Source of the DNA: an uncultured delta proteobacterium
GTDB taxonomy: Bacteria; Desulfobacterota; Syntrophobacteria; Syntrophobacterales; Syntrophobacteraceae
Length of the DNA: 64,000 nt
Assembly (NCBI GenBank): GCA_963808625.1
Contig: CAWEHK010000026.1
Coordinates: forward strand, 10,228-74,227
Direction: 5' to 3'
A program made the position numbers and the translations under genes. Below, piece by piece: positions 22,017-33,088 of this stretch. Position 1 is the stretch's first letter, and every line of letters begins with the position of its first letter. The notes under the pieces were generated by a model. The model did no database searches and had not been told where the DNA came from. It worked only from the letters and a program-made list of their open reading frames with translations.

Positions 22017-22158
22017 TAGTACCACAACGAGGTTTCCGTAGCGGGCCTCAAGTTGTGGGGCAGGCTTTCCAGCCTGCCATGCCGAACTGGCCAAAAGGCA
22101 GGCTGGAAAGCCTGCCCCACACTGCTTGGACCTTCATCAAAGTACCGTTGTAATATTA
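22017..22158. mobile_element. MITE-like element enclosing a perfect 25-bp inverted GTGG-tagged REP pair
   Basis: TGTGGGGCAGGCTTTCCAGCCTGCC (22054-22078) and its exact reverse complement (22097-22121); outer IR TAGTACCACAACG / CGTTGTAATATTA (10/13). Confidence 0.65.
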
Positions 22159-22298
22159 GTACACCTGCGCACAATAAAGTGACCAGAATCCTCATGCGTC
22201 ATTCCGGTGAAAACCGGAATCCAGAAGAAATTCCTGGATACCGGCTTGCGCCGGTATGACGGGCGAAATGAGGGCACTAATTTGAGCGGAGCTGTACT
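22158..22298. mobile_element. MITE-like element: CGTC REP doublet inside 24-bp imperfect TIRs
   Basis: AGTACACCTGCGCACAATAAAGTG / CACTAATTTGAGCGGAGCTGTACT enclosing CGTCATTCCGGTGAAAACCGGAATCCAG...CTGGATACCGGCTTGCGCCGGTATGACG. Confidence 0.7.
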
Positions 22299-22299
22299 T

Positions 22300-22430
22300 G
22301 AGACTATCTCAGAACGGCCTTACCCCGTCACCCCGGCGGAAGGCTGGGTCCAGAATCCCCAGGAAAACCTGGATTCCGGCTTTCGCCGGAATGACGATCA
22401 GCGGCGCTTTGACCATTTTGAGATAGTCTC
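22300..22430. mobile_element. MITE-like element (GAGACTATCTCA TIR family) with CGTC REP doublet
   Basis: Perfect 12-bp TIR GAGACTATCTCA / TGAGATAGTCTC; full-length homologs at 43225-43390 and 49274-49404. Confidence 0.85.
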
Positions 22431-22437
22431 TTGGTCG

Positions 22438-24192
22438 TCAGGCGCCACAGATTCCGCAGCGACGGCAGCCTTCTTCGGGCATGCAGGGCTGGCCTTTTTG
22501 CTCCTGCAGGGCATGCTGATATTCTTCCCAGAGGAAGTCTCGCTTCAAACCGAGGTCGATGATCTCCCAGGGAAATATTTCGTCCCGGTCCCGATCCCGC
22601 ACCACCCAGAAGTCGGGATTGAGCGGCGCGGTGCGCATGGCTTGGGGCCAACTCAGGTCATCCAGGGCCACCTTTTCCAGAAAGAGCGCGGTCCTGCGGT
22701 CGCCCCGGGCAAGCAGCGCCTGCACATACGCCCACTTGGGCACATCGAAGTGCACGCGAACGTTGGGGACCTTCTGCAGGGCCGTCTTGATCCACTTTGC
22801 CCGCCCCTTCAATTCCTGGACACCGGCAAAGCCCGCCCACTGAAACGGCGTAAAGGCCTTGGGAATGAAGGCATTGATGCTCAGGGTTACCGTCCCGAGC
22901 CGCTTCTGCCCCCGACTGGTCTTCAGCACGTGATGTTTCACCCCCTTGGCCACCTCGACGATGGCTTCCAGGTCTTCGAGGTTTCCGTGGGCAAACCGAT
23001 CATGAAATAGAGCTTGAGACTCAGAATGCCGCCTTCGGTGAGCAAGGTCACGGCGCGGGTGACGTCTTCCAGCGTGAGGTCCTTGTTGATCACGCGCCGC
23101 AGTCGCGCCGAGCCGGCCTCTACGGCGATGGCGACCGCGTGCTGCCCGCTGGCCCGGAGAGCGGCAGCGATCTCCGGAGTGATCCGATCGGCCCGGAGAG
23201 AAGAAAAAGAGAGCTGCTTTCCCGAACTGACGAGCTCCTGACAGATACAGGAGATGTCGGGATGGTCGGTAACTGCGGCGCTTATCAAACCCACTCTCGA
23301 GGTCTCGGAAAGGGAGGATTCGATTGCCCCCAAGACTTTATCAGCGGCGTGATGGCGCATGGGTCGATACATAAAGCCGGCGGCGCAGAACCGGCAGCCG
23401 CGCCCGCAGCCGCGCCCGATTTCGACCAGCAGGACGTTGCTGAATTCGGTGTTGGGGGTGAGGATCGCCGTTTTGCAGGGAGAACTTGAAGTCAGGTCCG
23501 TGCGCCGGTAAGCGACTCGCGGGGGCGCCCCCGAACCCGGAAGAGGCTCAATGGCTGCCAGCGTGCCATGGTGGTGATAGGAAACCCGATAAAGCGAGGG
23601 GACATAGATGCCCGGCACTTCCCTGGCAAGGGCCGTAAGCAGGTCCTGGCGAGAGCGCTTGCTTCCCTGGTTCTCGAGCCAGAATGCCAGGAAATCCGGA
23701 ATGAGGGTTTCCGCTTCCCCGACAAAAACGAAATCGAAAAAAGGCGCCAATCGGTTCGGGATTCATAAAGACCGCAATGCCGCCCGCGGCCACAAAAGGG
23801 TCTGAGGGAGCGCGCTGCACGGTCAGCGGAGGGATACCGCCGAACTTGATCATCTCCACGGCGTTGCTGAAATCATTTTCGAACGGAAGGGAAAAGGTGA
23901 GGAAATGAAAATCCGGAAGAGGCCGCTGGGACTCAACGCTCAGCAGTCTGCCCGGTTGCTGCCTGAGCAGTGGCAGGTCTTCCGGTTCGGGATAGAAGAC
24001 CCGCTCGCAAACCACATGTTCATAACGGTTCAGGGCTTCATAAACGTACTGGAAGCCCAGGTTGGACATGCCAATGGGGTAGCGGTTGGGAAAGGCAAGG
24101 GCAAGGCGAAGCTTCCCGCCCCAATCCTTCCGAATGGTCCCCCTTTCTTCGGCCAGCCACTGCTGCTGCCGCTCCTTCAGTTTCCACAACAT
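22438..24192 (-). CDS. Radical SAM protein, B12-binding/YgiQ-like family (frameshifts near 23750 and 22980)
   Basis: AFPNRYPIGMSNLG, EIGRGCGRGCRFC (CX3CX2C), KLYFMIGLP, FIPKAFTPFQW, C-terminal CRRCGIC. Confidence 0.85.
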
Positions 24193-24203
24193 GGGTCAAA
24201 ACT

Positions 24204-24393
24204 TATGAGTTATGTAGTGATGAGTGATGAGTAACGAGTGAGTGCCGGGTGCTGATCACAACGCCGCACAATAAAATGTTCAGCACCCCAGTCGTCATTC
24301 CCGCATGCTCCTGGCGGGAATCCAGAAACAAAGCTTGGAAACGGATACTCATTTATGCGGAGCCGTGCTGAGTAACGAGCAATAAGCGATGAG
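24204..24393. repeat. Degenerate heptamer tract (TGATGAG/TAACGAG/TGCTGAG) interrupted by a REP-containing element at 24255-24369
   Basis: Heptamers on both sides; inner ends ATCACAACGCCGCACAATAAAATG / CATTTATGCGGAGCCGTGCT resemble the 22158-22298 TIRs; single CGTC REP at 24293-24325. Confidence 0.65.
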
Positions 24394-24485
24394 CCCTCTG
24401 TCAAGGCGATACCGAGGTGGATGCTTCTTGTTTCCGCTTAGACACTGTCTAAAAAGAACTTGCTCTCATTTCAGCCCTTTTTCGA

Positions 24486-24537
24486 ACCACGAAGAACACG
24501 AATAAATGACTTCGTAGTCCTTCGTGTTCTTCGTGGT
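24486..24537. repeat. CACGAA-type inverted repeat (perfect 17-bp arms) downstream of ftsZ
   Basis: ACCACGAAGAACACGAA / TTCGTGTTCTTCGTGGT; relative at 50978-51053. Confidence 0.8.
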
Positions 24538-24589
24538 AAGAAAGGCCTTTTATTTTTGGCCGTCTCCTTAGCAGCCCCTAAATCAGCGA

Positions 24590-25781
24590 TCAGTCCATCT
24601 GTTTGCGAATGAAGGTCGGGATGCTGAGATCTTCATCCTCCGGAGCTGCTCCGGTCAGCTTTTGGAGGAGCGTCCGCCGTTTGGGTTGATCTTGGGCCTG
24701 GCTGTCTCGTGCCGTGCGATGCCGGACCACCGTAGGGATCTGCAGGTAGTCGTAGTTCAGCTCAGGGACCAGGCCTTCCCCTCTCCTCCTGGGACGAGCG
24801 GGGATCTCCGCCTTCGGCGCCTGATCCACTTTGCCAATGCCGGTCGCGATCACGGTTACCCGAATTTCATCTGCCAGGTTGTCGTCAATGGCGATGCCGA
24901 GAATGATGTTGGCGTCTTCGTCAACCTCTTTCTGGATAATGGAGGACGCTTCTTCAAACTCGTGCATGCCCAGGTCTTCGCTCGCCGTGATATTGACGAG
25001 GACGGCGCGGGCCCCGTGGATGGAAATATCTTCGAGCAGCGGGCTCGAAATCGCCTGCTGAGCCGCCTGCGCGGCGCGGTTTTCGCCCCGCCCTACACCG
25101 GTCCCCATCAGGGCCAGTCCCATTTCAGCCATGACCGTCTTGACATCGGCGAAATCGACATTGATATATCCGGGATGGACGATGAGATCGGAAATGCCTT
25201 TTACGGCGTACAGCAGCACATCATCGACGCGCCGAAAACATTCAAGAAAGGTCGAACGCCGGTCGGCCAGACAAAGGAGGCGATTGTTCGGGATCGTAAT
25301 GAGCGTGTCGACGACTCCCTGGAGGGCCTTGAGACCTTCCTCGGCATTCCGGTGCCGCACCTTGCCCTCGACGAGGAAGGGTTTGGTAACCACCGCTACG
25401 GTGAGCGCCCCCAATTCCTTACAAACCTGCGCCGCAATCGGCGCACCGCCGGTGCCCGTGCCACCGCCCAGCCCCGCCGTGATGAAAACCATGTCACAGC
25501 CGTCAATCGCCTCCCGGATCTTTTCCAGGTCTTCCTGGGTCGCCTTGGCACCGGTCTCGGGGTTGCCGCCCGCGCCGAGCCCTTTCGTCAGATTCGTCAC
25601 CGAGCTGGATCTTGACCGACGCAAGGCTCCTTTCCAGCGCCTGGAAATCGGTATTCGCCGCGATGAACTCAACTCCATCGAGGCCCGAGCTGATCATGTT
25701 ATTGATGGCATTGCCACCTCCACCCCCAATCCCCAGAACCTTGATCTTTGCCCCATTCAGAGTTGAGTTTTTCAGATCCAT
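24590..25781 (-). CDS. ftsZ: Cell division protein FtsZ (frameshift near 25605)
   Basis: [42 protein letters not shown]-terminal LSIPTFIRK. Confidence 0.97.
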
Positions 25782-25876
25782 CCCTTTCCTCCTTTTAATC
25801 TTTTTCATGATCGAAACTTTCCATCACTTATACTCGCTTAGCCTGAAAACCTTAATTCCGGCAGAATTCTGACTTA

Positions 25877-25945
25877 ACCGCAGAGCACGCTGAGATCGCA
25901 GAGAAAGCCAATGATTCTCTCTGCAGTCTCTGTGATCGCTGTGGT
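25877..25945. repeat. CTCTGCG-type inverted repeat element between ftsA and ftsZ
   Basis: ACCGCAGAGCACGCTGAGATCGCAGAGA ... TCTCTGCAGTCTCTGTGATCGCTGTGGT. Confidence 0.7.
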
Positions 25946-26036
25946 GGAAAAGTAAACATTCTGAAGCCTAACGGATAAAACTGGACCATCCCTGTTCCCG
26001 CAACAATAAAATCCTTAAGGATTCAGTTCGTTTTCT

Positions 26037-27278
26037 TTAAATCCAGTTGCTTCTTCTCCCCCACAACTGTCTGAACCAGCGTCTCATTGCCGCAAACATG
26101 TTGCCGACCGCACCCGATTCCTCGAGCGGCGCTTGACCTCCATGTTTCCTGCCATGCAATAACAACCCGGTAGCGGTGGCATAAATCGGGTTCTTGACGA
26201 CATCGCCCAACCCGCCGAAATGGTAGGGAACTCCAATGCGCACCGGTAAATCGAGTAATTTTTCGGCCAATTCACGAATGCCCGGCAGCAACGAGACGCC
26301 CCCCGTCAGCACCACACCCCCGTGAAGCGATTCGAAGTAGCCCGAACGGAACATTTCCGCCTCAATGATTTTCACCATTTCTTCAACACGTGCTTCAATG
26401 ATTTCAGTCAGGATGGATTGCGCCAGTTGCCGGGGTTTTTGACCGCCGACGGAACCTACCTCGATAACATCCTGGGGATTGACCCACTCGACAATGGCAC
26501 AACCGTATTTCTTCTTGATCTTCTCGGCCTCTTCCATAGAGGTCCGCAAACCTACCGAAATATCGGAAGTGATGTGGTTGCCCCCCAACCCGACCACCCC
26601 GGAGTAGCGGATGGCACCATCGAGGAACATCGCGACATTGCTGGTTCCGCCCCCCATGTCGATGAGCGCTACGCCGAGGTGCTTTTCATCGTGATCCAAC
26701 ACCGATTCGGATGACGCCAGCGCTTCGAGGACCACATCCTGGACATGCAGCCCCGCCCGTTCGCAGCACTTGATGATGTTCTGGATGGCCGTGATGGCCC
26801 CGGTCACGATGTGGACCTTGGCTTCCAGGCGCACGCCGGACATCCCGATCGGATTGGCGATCCCCTCCTGGTCATCGACGATAAACTGCTGGGGAAGGAC
26901 GTGGAGAATCTGGCGGTCGAAAGGCAGGGCAATGGCCCTCGCCGCGTCCAGCACGCGATCGACATCCGCCTGGGTAACCTCACGGCTCTTGATGGCGATC
27001 ACCCCGTGACTGTTCAAGCTCTGGATGTGGGTCCCCGCAACCCCGGCAAAGACCGAGGAGATCTCGCAGCCTGCCATTAATTCCGCTTCCTCGATGGCCT
27101 TTCGGATCGAATGGACGGTTTGGTCGATGTTGACCACGACCCCGCCACGGAGTCCGATAGAAGGGTGCGTCCCAACACCGACGATATCGATCCCTTCCGA
27201 GCTCACTTCTCCGACCACAGCGCAGATTTTTGTGGTCCCCAGGTCAAGGCCGACGATCAATTCCTCTCTTTTTCCCAT
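26037..27278 (-). CDS. ftsA: Cell division protein FtsA
   Basis: GLDLGTTKI, IDMGGGTS, GVVLTGGVS. Confidence 0.97.
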   Translation of the reverse strand: MGKREELIVGLDLGTTKICAVVGEVSSEGIDIVGVGTHPSIGLRGGVVVNIDQTVHSIRKAIEEAELMAGCEISSVFAGVAGTHIQSLNSHGVIAIKSREVTQADVDRVLDAARAIALPFDRQILHVLPQQFIVDDQEGIANPIGMSGVRLEAKVHIVTGAITAIQNIIKCCERAGLHVQDVVLEALASSESVLDHDEKHLGVALIDMGGGTSNVAMFLDGAIRYSGVVGLGGNHITSDISVGLRTSMEEAEKIKKKYGCAIVEWVNPQDVIEVGSVGGQKPRQLAQSILTEIIEARVEEMVKIIEAEMFRSGYFESLHGGVVLTGGVSLLPGIRELAEKLLDLPVRIGVPYHFGGLGDVVKNPIYATATGLLLHGRKHGGQAPLEESGAVGNMFAAMRRWFRQLWGRRSNWI

Positions 27279-27404
27279 CGCTCACCTTTCAGAGTTTCGC
27301 TTTTGGATGGCATTCACTCCTGGCATTTGGCACTTTGGGCCGGAGGGTTGAACAACCCTGGTCTTCCGGTCATCAGATAACTGATCAGCTGTTCATACCA
27401 CACA

Positions 27405-28232
27405 TCAGCTTCCTTTGGAAAAAGGAAAAAGCCCTTCGACGTAAGCTCGGTCTTCATAGTCCAAATCAATGCCCACTACCACATTCCACAACTGCCGCTC
27501 GTCCAGAATCCCAAATACGCGCTGGAGACGGTGCAATTTTTGATTGAAGCCGTCCCACCCCAGCTGAATGCCGATATTATTGCGGGCCGCATAGAGAGCA
27601 AATCCCGTTTCGCCATGCCACCGGCACTCCCGAATCGCGTTCAGCGGCAACCAGCCCTCAGCCTGATTCAAGGCCGACAGCAATGCTTTCAACCCCTTCA
27701 GCGCGTCCGGCGCCACCGTGTCACCCTCCTTCAGATTCCGCCCGGAGAGTCCCTCAACCAGAAGAAATTCCTGCTTTTGCTCAGCCGACGCACGCGACAC
27801 CAACTTGCCGTCGGTATCGATCAGATAAAAGTCCTCCGCATGAATCACCGCCAGCGGTTCGCGCTCGGTAAGTTCAACCACAATGCGGTTGGGAAGAGAG
27901 AACTGGACGACCGATGATTCGAGCCACGGCAGGGCTTCCAGCTGCTTTGCCAGCTGTGCTGATTTGAGTTTCAGCAAACTGGCCTCCGGAGGGATCATCA
28001 GCGCATTCAAGATCTCGTCTTCCTTCAAGTGCTTTAACCCGACGATGGTCACTTCTTCCACACGAAACCAGGGTGCATCAAGGAGCGCATAATACGAATG
28101 AGCAAGAACCGCGCTGAAGAGCACCATTGCCCCGAGCGAGAGGGCCAGGGCAAACGCCGCTTTGAACCAGGCCTTCACGACCTTGCGCCGTTTGGTCCGG
28201 TCAGGACGATAGCGATTGCGCTTTTTTCTCAT
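27405..28232 (-). CDS. ftsQ: Cell division protein FtsQ
   Basis: TM plus POTRA (LEALPWLES...LPNRIVVELTEREPLA), IDLDY; position in the cluster. Confidence 0.88.
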   Translation of the reverse strand: MRKKRNRYRPDRTKRRKVVKAWFKAAFALALSLGAMVLFSAVLAHSYYALLDAPWFRVEEVTIVGLKHLKEDEILNALMIPPEASLLKLKSAQLAKQLEALPWLESSVVQFSLPNRIVVELTEREPLAVIHAEDFYLIDTDGKLVSRASAEQKQEFLLVEGLSGRNLKEGDTVAPDALKGLKALLSALNQAEGWLPLNAIRECRWHGETGFALYAARNNIGIQLGWDGFNQKLHRLQRVFGILDERQLWNVVVGIDLDYEDRAYVEGLFPFSKGS

Positions 28233-29155
28233 GACCCCATGATGCGGATCTCTCTTTCCAGACGGATCCCAAAATCACAACGAACGCGGTTTTCGATATG
28301 CTCGATCAGGGCCACCACATCCTGCGCTCTGGCATGGCCCCGGTTGATAATCCAGTTGGCGTGCTTGGGCGAAACCTCAGCATCCCCCATGCGCAATCCC
28401 TTGAGCCCGGATTTCTCAATCAGAGCCCCCGCCGCAAGACCCTCCGGGTTCTTGAAAATGCAGCCCGCCGAAGGCCATCCCAAAGGTTGCGTTCGTCTTC
28501 GCTCCCGCATGATCGCCGCCAGTCGCGCCCGCTGGACGCCCGCCGCGCGCGCTTCAACCTCGAGGCAGCAACCGAGGACAACCCAGCTTTCCGGCAGTCC
28601 CAGAGACCGGTAGCCGGGTGACAAATCCGATTTCGAAATACGTCGGCGCCGGTTCTGTTCATCCAGGACGTCTACCGAGAGCAGCCGGTCGGCGACGCTG
28701 CCGTCCCTGGTTCCGGCATTCATGACCAGGGCCCCGCCAACCATTCCGGGAATGCCGACCAGAAATTCCAGGCCCCCGAGCTCGTGTTCGAGGCAATAGC
28801 GCAGGAGCCGGGGCAGACGCACGCCCGCCCCGACGGACAGGCGGCCTGACGACGCGCCGTCCTGCCGGTCCAGAACAAGGTTCGCCGAACATAAATCCAG
28901 CTGAATCGCCAGGCCGTGCCATTCGTCATCGGGCAGCAGGAGGTTGCTTCCGCCACCAAGAATGAAATAACGGAAAGCGTGCAATCTCAACGCGTCCAGG
29001 AGCCTCGTCAGGGCCTCTTCGGTTTGCGGCCTCACCAGGCAGAAAACCGGGCCCCCCACGCGCAAGGTCGTATACCGGGCAAGGGGTTCCCGCCACTTGA
29101 CCTCCAGGCCGGGCAGACCATCGACAAGTGCCTGCAAAAGGTCGCGATTCAGCAT
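28229..29155 (-). CDS. murB: UDP-N-acetylmuramate dehydrogenase
   Basis: LGGGSNLL, GIPGMVGGALVMNAG, SAGCIFKNP, KHANWIIN. Confidence 0.95.
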   Translation of the reverse strand: MLNRDLLQALVDGLPGLEVKWREPLARYTTLRVGGPVFCLVRPQTEEALTRLLDALRLHAFRYFILGGGSNLLLPDDEWHGLAIQLDLCSANLVLDRQDGASSGRLSVGAGVRLPRLLRYCLEHELGGLEFLVGIPGMVGGALVMNAGTRDGSVADRLLSVDVLDEQNRRRRISKSDLSPGYRSLGLPESWVVLGCCLEVEARAAGVQRARLAAIMRERRRTQPLGWPSAGCIFKNPEGLAAGALIEKSGLKGLRMGDAEVSPKHANWIINRGHARAQDVVALIEHIENRVRCDFGIRLEREIRIMGS

Positions 29156-29170
29156 CTCTCCCCGATCATG

Positions 29171-30543
29171 TCAAATGAGTGCATGGAGCAGGGCCTCTCC
29201 CACCTGCAAGACATTGCCGGCCCCAAGCGTGATCACCACGTCATCCGGAACGACGAGTGCGCGCAGTTTCTCGACCGCTTCTTCCAGGGTTGCACAGAAA
29301 TGCAGATCATGATGACCATAAGCGGCAATGCGCCTGGCCAGAAGCTCCCCGGTTATTCCCGGGATCGGCTTTTCACTGGCCGCGTAGATCTCGGTCAGGA
29401 TCAAGACGTCGGAGTGATAGAAGCAGCGCGCAAATTCATCCATCAAAGCCTGCGTGCGGGTATAGCGATGAGGCTGAAAGACGACGATCCGACGGCGGCT
29501 GGGAAAGCAATCGGCAAGCGTGGCCAGCACCGCTCGGATTTCGTTGGGATGATGGCCGTAGTCGTCGAGCACGAGGACGCCGTGAGCTTCCCCCTTGATC
29601 TGAAAACGGCGCTGCACTCCCGTCATGTCTCCCAGTCCGGTTTGAATGTCGGCCCACGCCAGCTCCAGCTCGTGCGCCACGGCCACGGCGGCAAGCGAAT
29701 TCAGAACATTGTGGCGCCCCGGAATGCGGATTTCGATCTCTCCCAGTTCCTCCCCCTGGTGAAAAGCACGGTACCTGGTCGTCAGGCCATGAGTCCTGAG
29801 GTCGCGAGCCTGGAAATCGGCCTGTGAGGAAAAGCCGTAGGTCACGAAACGCTTGGTGACCTGGGGCAGGACCTTTTGCGTGTTCTCGTCTTCGAGGCAC
29901 AGCACCGCCTGCCCGTAAAACGGCACCTTATTGATGAATTCCAGGAAGGTTTGCTGAATGTGTTCGAGGTCCCGGTAGTAGTCCAGATGCTCCAGATCAA
30001 TGTTGGTTACCACGGCAATGGTTGGGGGCAGCAGCAGGAAGGTGCCGTCGCTTTCATCCGCTTCCGCTACCATGAAATCGCCGCCGCCCAGCTTGGCATT
30101 CGTGCCCCAGGCATTGAGCTTGCCCCCGATGACGACCGTGGGGTCGAGTCCGCCGCGCGTCAACACGGTGGAAATCATCGAGGTCGTAGTCGTCTTGCCA
30201 TGAGCTCCTGCGACCAGGACCGAGTATTTCAGGCGCATCAGTTCGGCAAGCATCTCCGCCCGGCGGATGACCGGGATTTTGCCCAGGCTGCGGGCGCTCA
30301 GCAGTTCGGGATTGTCGTCCGCAATGGCCGATGACAGGACGACCACATCCGCGCCCTTGATATGGTCGGCATGATGGCCGACGTAGATGGTCGCCCCTGA
30401 TTTTCCAGGCGGCGCGTAAGGTCCGTTTCCTTGAGATCGGACCCGCTCACCTGGTATCCCAGGTTCAGCAGCAGTTCCGCGATGCCGCTCATGCCAATCC
30501 CGCCAACACCGACAAAATGAATGTGCTTGTAGCGCTTAAACAT
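29171..30543 (-). CDS. murC: UDP-N-acetylmuramate--L-alanine ligase (frameshift near 30395)
   Basis: [46 protein letters not shown]. Confidence 0.95.
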
Positions 30544-30544
30544 T

Positions 30545-31720
30545 CTATTCCATTCTTATCCGGCTGGTTCGCGCAATATTCATGAGGATTCCAACCGCCA
30601 CACAGTTCGCCACAAACGCACTGCCTCCATAGGAAATAAAAGGAAGCGGCATCCCCTTGGTCGGAAACAGCCCCAGGACCACCCCGATGTTCAGCATGGC
30701 CTGCAGGGAAAGGAGCAAAGTCAAGCCAAAGGCCATCAGGGACCCGAGATAGTCGGGGGCCGACCGTGAAATTCTCATCCCGGTCTGAAAGAGGAAAAGG
30801 AAGAGCGCGCAAATTACTACAATTCCAACAAATCCCAGCTCCTCGCCGATGACCGCCAGGATGAAGTCCGTAAAGGCTTCAGGCAGATAGAAAAGCTTCT
30901 GCTGCCCATAGCCGAGTCCTTTCCCCAGGATTCCGCCCGAACCCACAGCAATCCATGCCTGGATGAGTTGGTATCCCGAGTCCAGTTGATCGGTCCACGG
31001 GTTCAAAAAAGCCGTAATCCGCTCCCACCGGTACGGAACGAGATAAACAAACCGGTAGCACACCAACGCCGCGCAGGGAACCAGGCTGAGTAGATAAGGA
31101 TAAGGCACCCCGCCCAGCATCAGCATGAAAACCGTCAAACACCCGAGCATAAAGGTCGTGCCAAAATCGGGCTCCTTCAGGAGCAAAGCGCTCAAAACGC
31201 CGCATAGAACAATGTGCGGCAAAAACCCAACGGTAAAGTGTTTGATCTTGTCCTGTTTCTTCACCAGGGAAACACTTAGAAAAATGATCCAGACGACCTT
31301 GGCGAACTCTGCCGGCTGCACCAGAAAAAAGCGAAAATTAAACCAGCGTCTCGCCCCATTGATTTCGGCACCGACTCCCGGGATCAGCACCAGCAGCAAG
31401 GCCAAAACCGTCCACAGAAACATCCAGGGAATATGTTTCCGGTAACTCCGGTAAGGAAAACGGCTGATCATCAGGATCGTCCCAATCCCAAGGCCGATGC
31501 AGGCCAGCTGACGCTTGAGATAGTGGGTGGCATCCGCGAATTTCCTGAGCGCCATGATGGAACTGGCACTATAGATCATCACCAGCCCCACCCCAATGAG
31601 CAGCAGGACCTCGATCCACAATTCCAACTCCAGGGAAAGAACCGCTTTCGAGGGGCTCTGAGTTTCGGTCACCACCGCGTCCGAGGCAAACTGAGGGGCG
31701 TCAGCAAACGGCCTGATCAT
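30545..31720 (-). CDS. ftsW: Peptidoglycan glycosyltransferase FtsW
   Basis: [41 protein letters not shown]. Confidence 0.95.
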   Translation of the reverse strand: MIRPFADAPQFASDAVVTETQSPSKAVLSLELELWIEVLLLIGVGLVMIYSASSIMALRKFADATHYLKRQLACIGLGIGTILMISRFPYRSYRKHIPWMFLWTVLALLLVLIPGVGAEINGARRWFNFRFFLVQPAEFAKVVWIIFLSVSLVKKQDKIKHFTVGFLPHIVLCGVLSALLLKEPDFGTTFMLGCLTVFMLMLGGVPYPYLLSLVPCAALVCYRFVYLVPYRWERITAFLNPWTDQLDSGYQLIQAWIAVGSGGILGKGLGYGQQKLFYLPEAFTDFILAVIGEELGFVGIVVICALFLFLFQTGMRISRSAPDYLGSLMAFGLTLLLSLQAMLNIGVVLGLFPTKGMPLPFISYGGSAFVANCVAVGILMNIARTSRIRME

Positions 31721-33088
31721 GCCTCTCCTTTCAGCGCCGTTACCAAACGCTTGAAATGGTCTCCTCGTTGCGCGTAGCCCTCGTACTGATCAAACGACGA
31801 ACATGCCGGGGAAAGCAGCACCACGTCCCCGGCATCCGCACGCTTCAGAACATCCTTGAAGGCTGTTTCGAGGTCGGGAAAGGAATGCGTCGCGAGCCAT
31901 CCTTGCAATTCCTCATGGAGTCGCGGGGCCGCTTCACCGAAGACAAAAGCTCCCTTTCCCCTGGCCTGCAAAGCCTCTCCCAATGGTTGATAGGAACCCA
32001 GCTTGTCCCGCCCCCCCAGCAGGAGGAGGACCGGGCGATCAAAGTTCGCGATGGCTTTGACCACGGCTCCCACGTTGGTGCCTTTGGAATCATCGTAGAA
32101 GTCGATCCCGCGCCACGTGCGCACCCACTCGACCCGGTGAGGCAAGCCGCGATAGTGGTGAATCACTTCCTGGATGGCGGAAGGGGCAGCCCCCATCACG
32201 GAAGAGGCGAGAGCCGCTGCGAGCAGGTTTTCTTCATTGTGAATGCCATGCAGGTGTGTTGCTTCAAGACTCACGGCAAAAGGAGTCTGCCACGGAACGT
32301 CCACCCGGATCTCCCGTCCCCGAACGGTGGCGGCAGCCTGGGGGTCACTGCGGCTAAAATGGAGAACACGGCTTCGAACTTCGGAACTGCCTTCCAAAGA
32401 GATTGTGTCATCGGCATTGATAATGGCCACATCGGAAGGGCGCTGGTGGGCGAACAGCGAAAATTTCGAACGGGCGTAGGCACCAAAACCATCATAGCGA
32501 TCAAGATGGTCCTCGGTGATGTTCAACAACACCCCCACTTCGGGACAAAACTTCGAAGCCGTGTCCAACTGAAAACTGCTCACCTCCAAAACAAGAACCT
32601 CGGCGATCGATGGTTCGAGCAACCACCGACTCAGTGGTGTACCGATATTTCCGCCGACAAAGACCTTTTTCCCGGAAGCCTTGAGCATTTCGCCGATGAG
32701 TGAGGTGGTCGTGGTTTTGCCGTTGGTGCCGGTTACCGCCACTACCGGGAGGTCCACCTGCCGCCAGGCCCACTCCAACTCCCCGATGATCTCTATCCCC
32801 TGCTTGCTCGGCCGCCTCCAGAGGCTCGAGATCAAGAGGCACACCCGGGCTGACAATGATCTGATCAGCGTCAAGAAAATCCTCTGCATGGTGGACGCCA
32901 AGCCGCAGGAGACAGCCTTTCTCTTCCAGGTGATCCAGCGCTCCGTTGAAATCGCCGCGCGTGCGGAGGTCGGTGGCAATGATCCGGGCTCCCTGCTGTG
33001 AAAGCAGTTCGCAGACGGCGCGCCCGGAAGTCCCCATGCCGACAACCACCACCTTATTGGGCAAAGCGCTCTTTTCCTTCCGGTTCAT
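31717..33088 (-). CDS. murD: UDP-MurNAc-L-Ala--D-glutamate ligase (frameshift near 32810)
   Basis: VTGTNGKTTTT, GGNIG, LEVSSFQL, DDSKGTN, LLSPACSSFDQY. Confidence 0.95.

Noticed and set aside
22017..22430. CRISPR array
   Set aside because: Repeats are inverted, heterogeneous and lack regular unique spacers; no cas genes in the window
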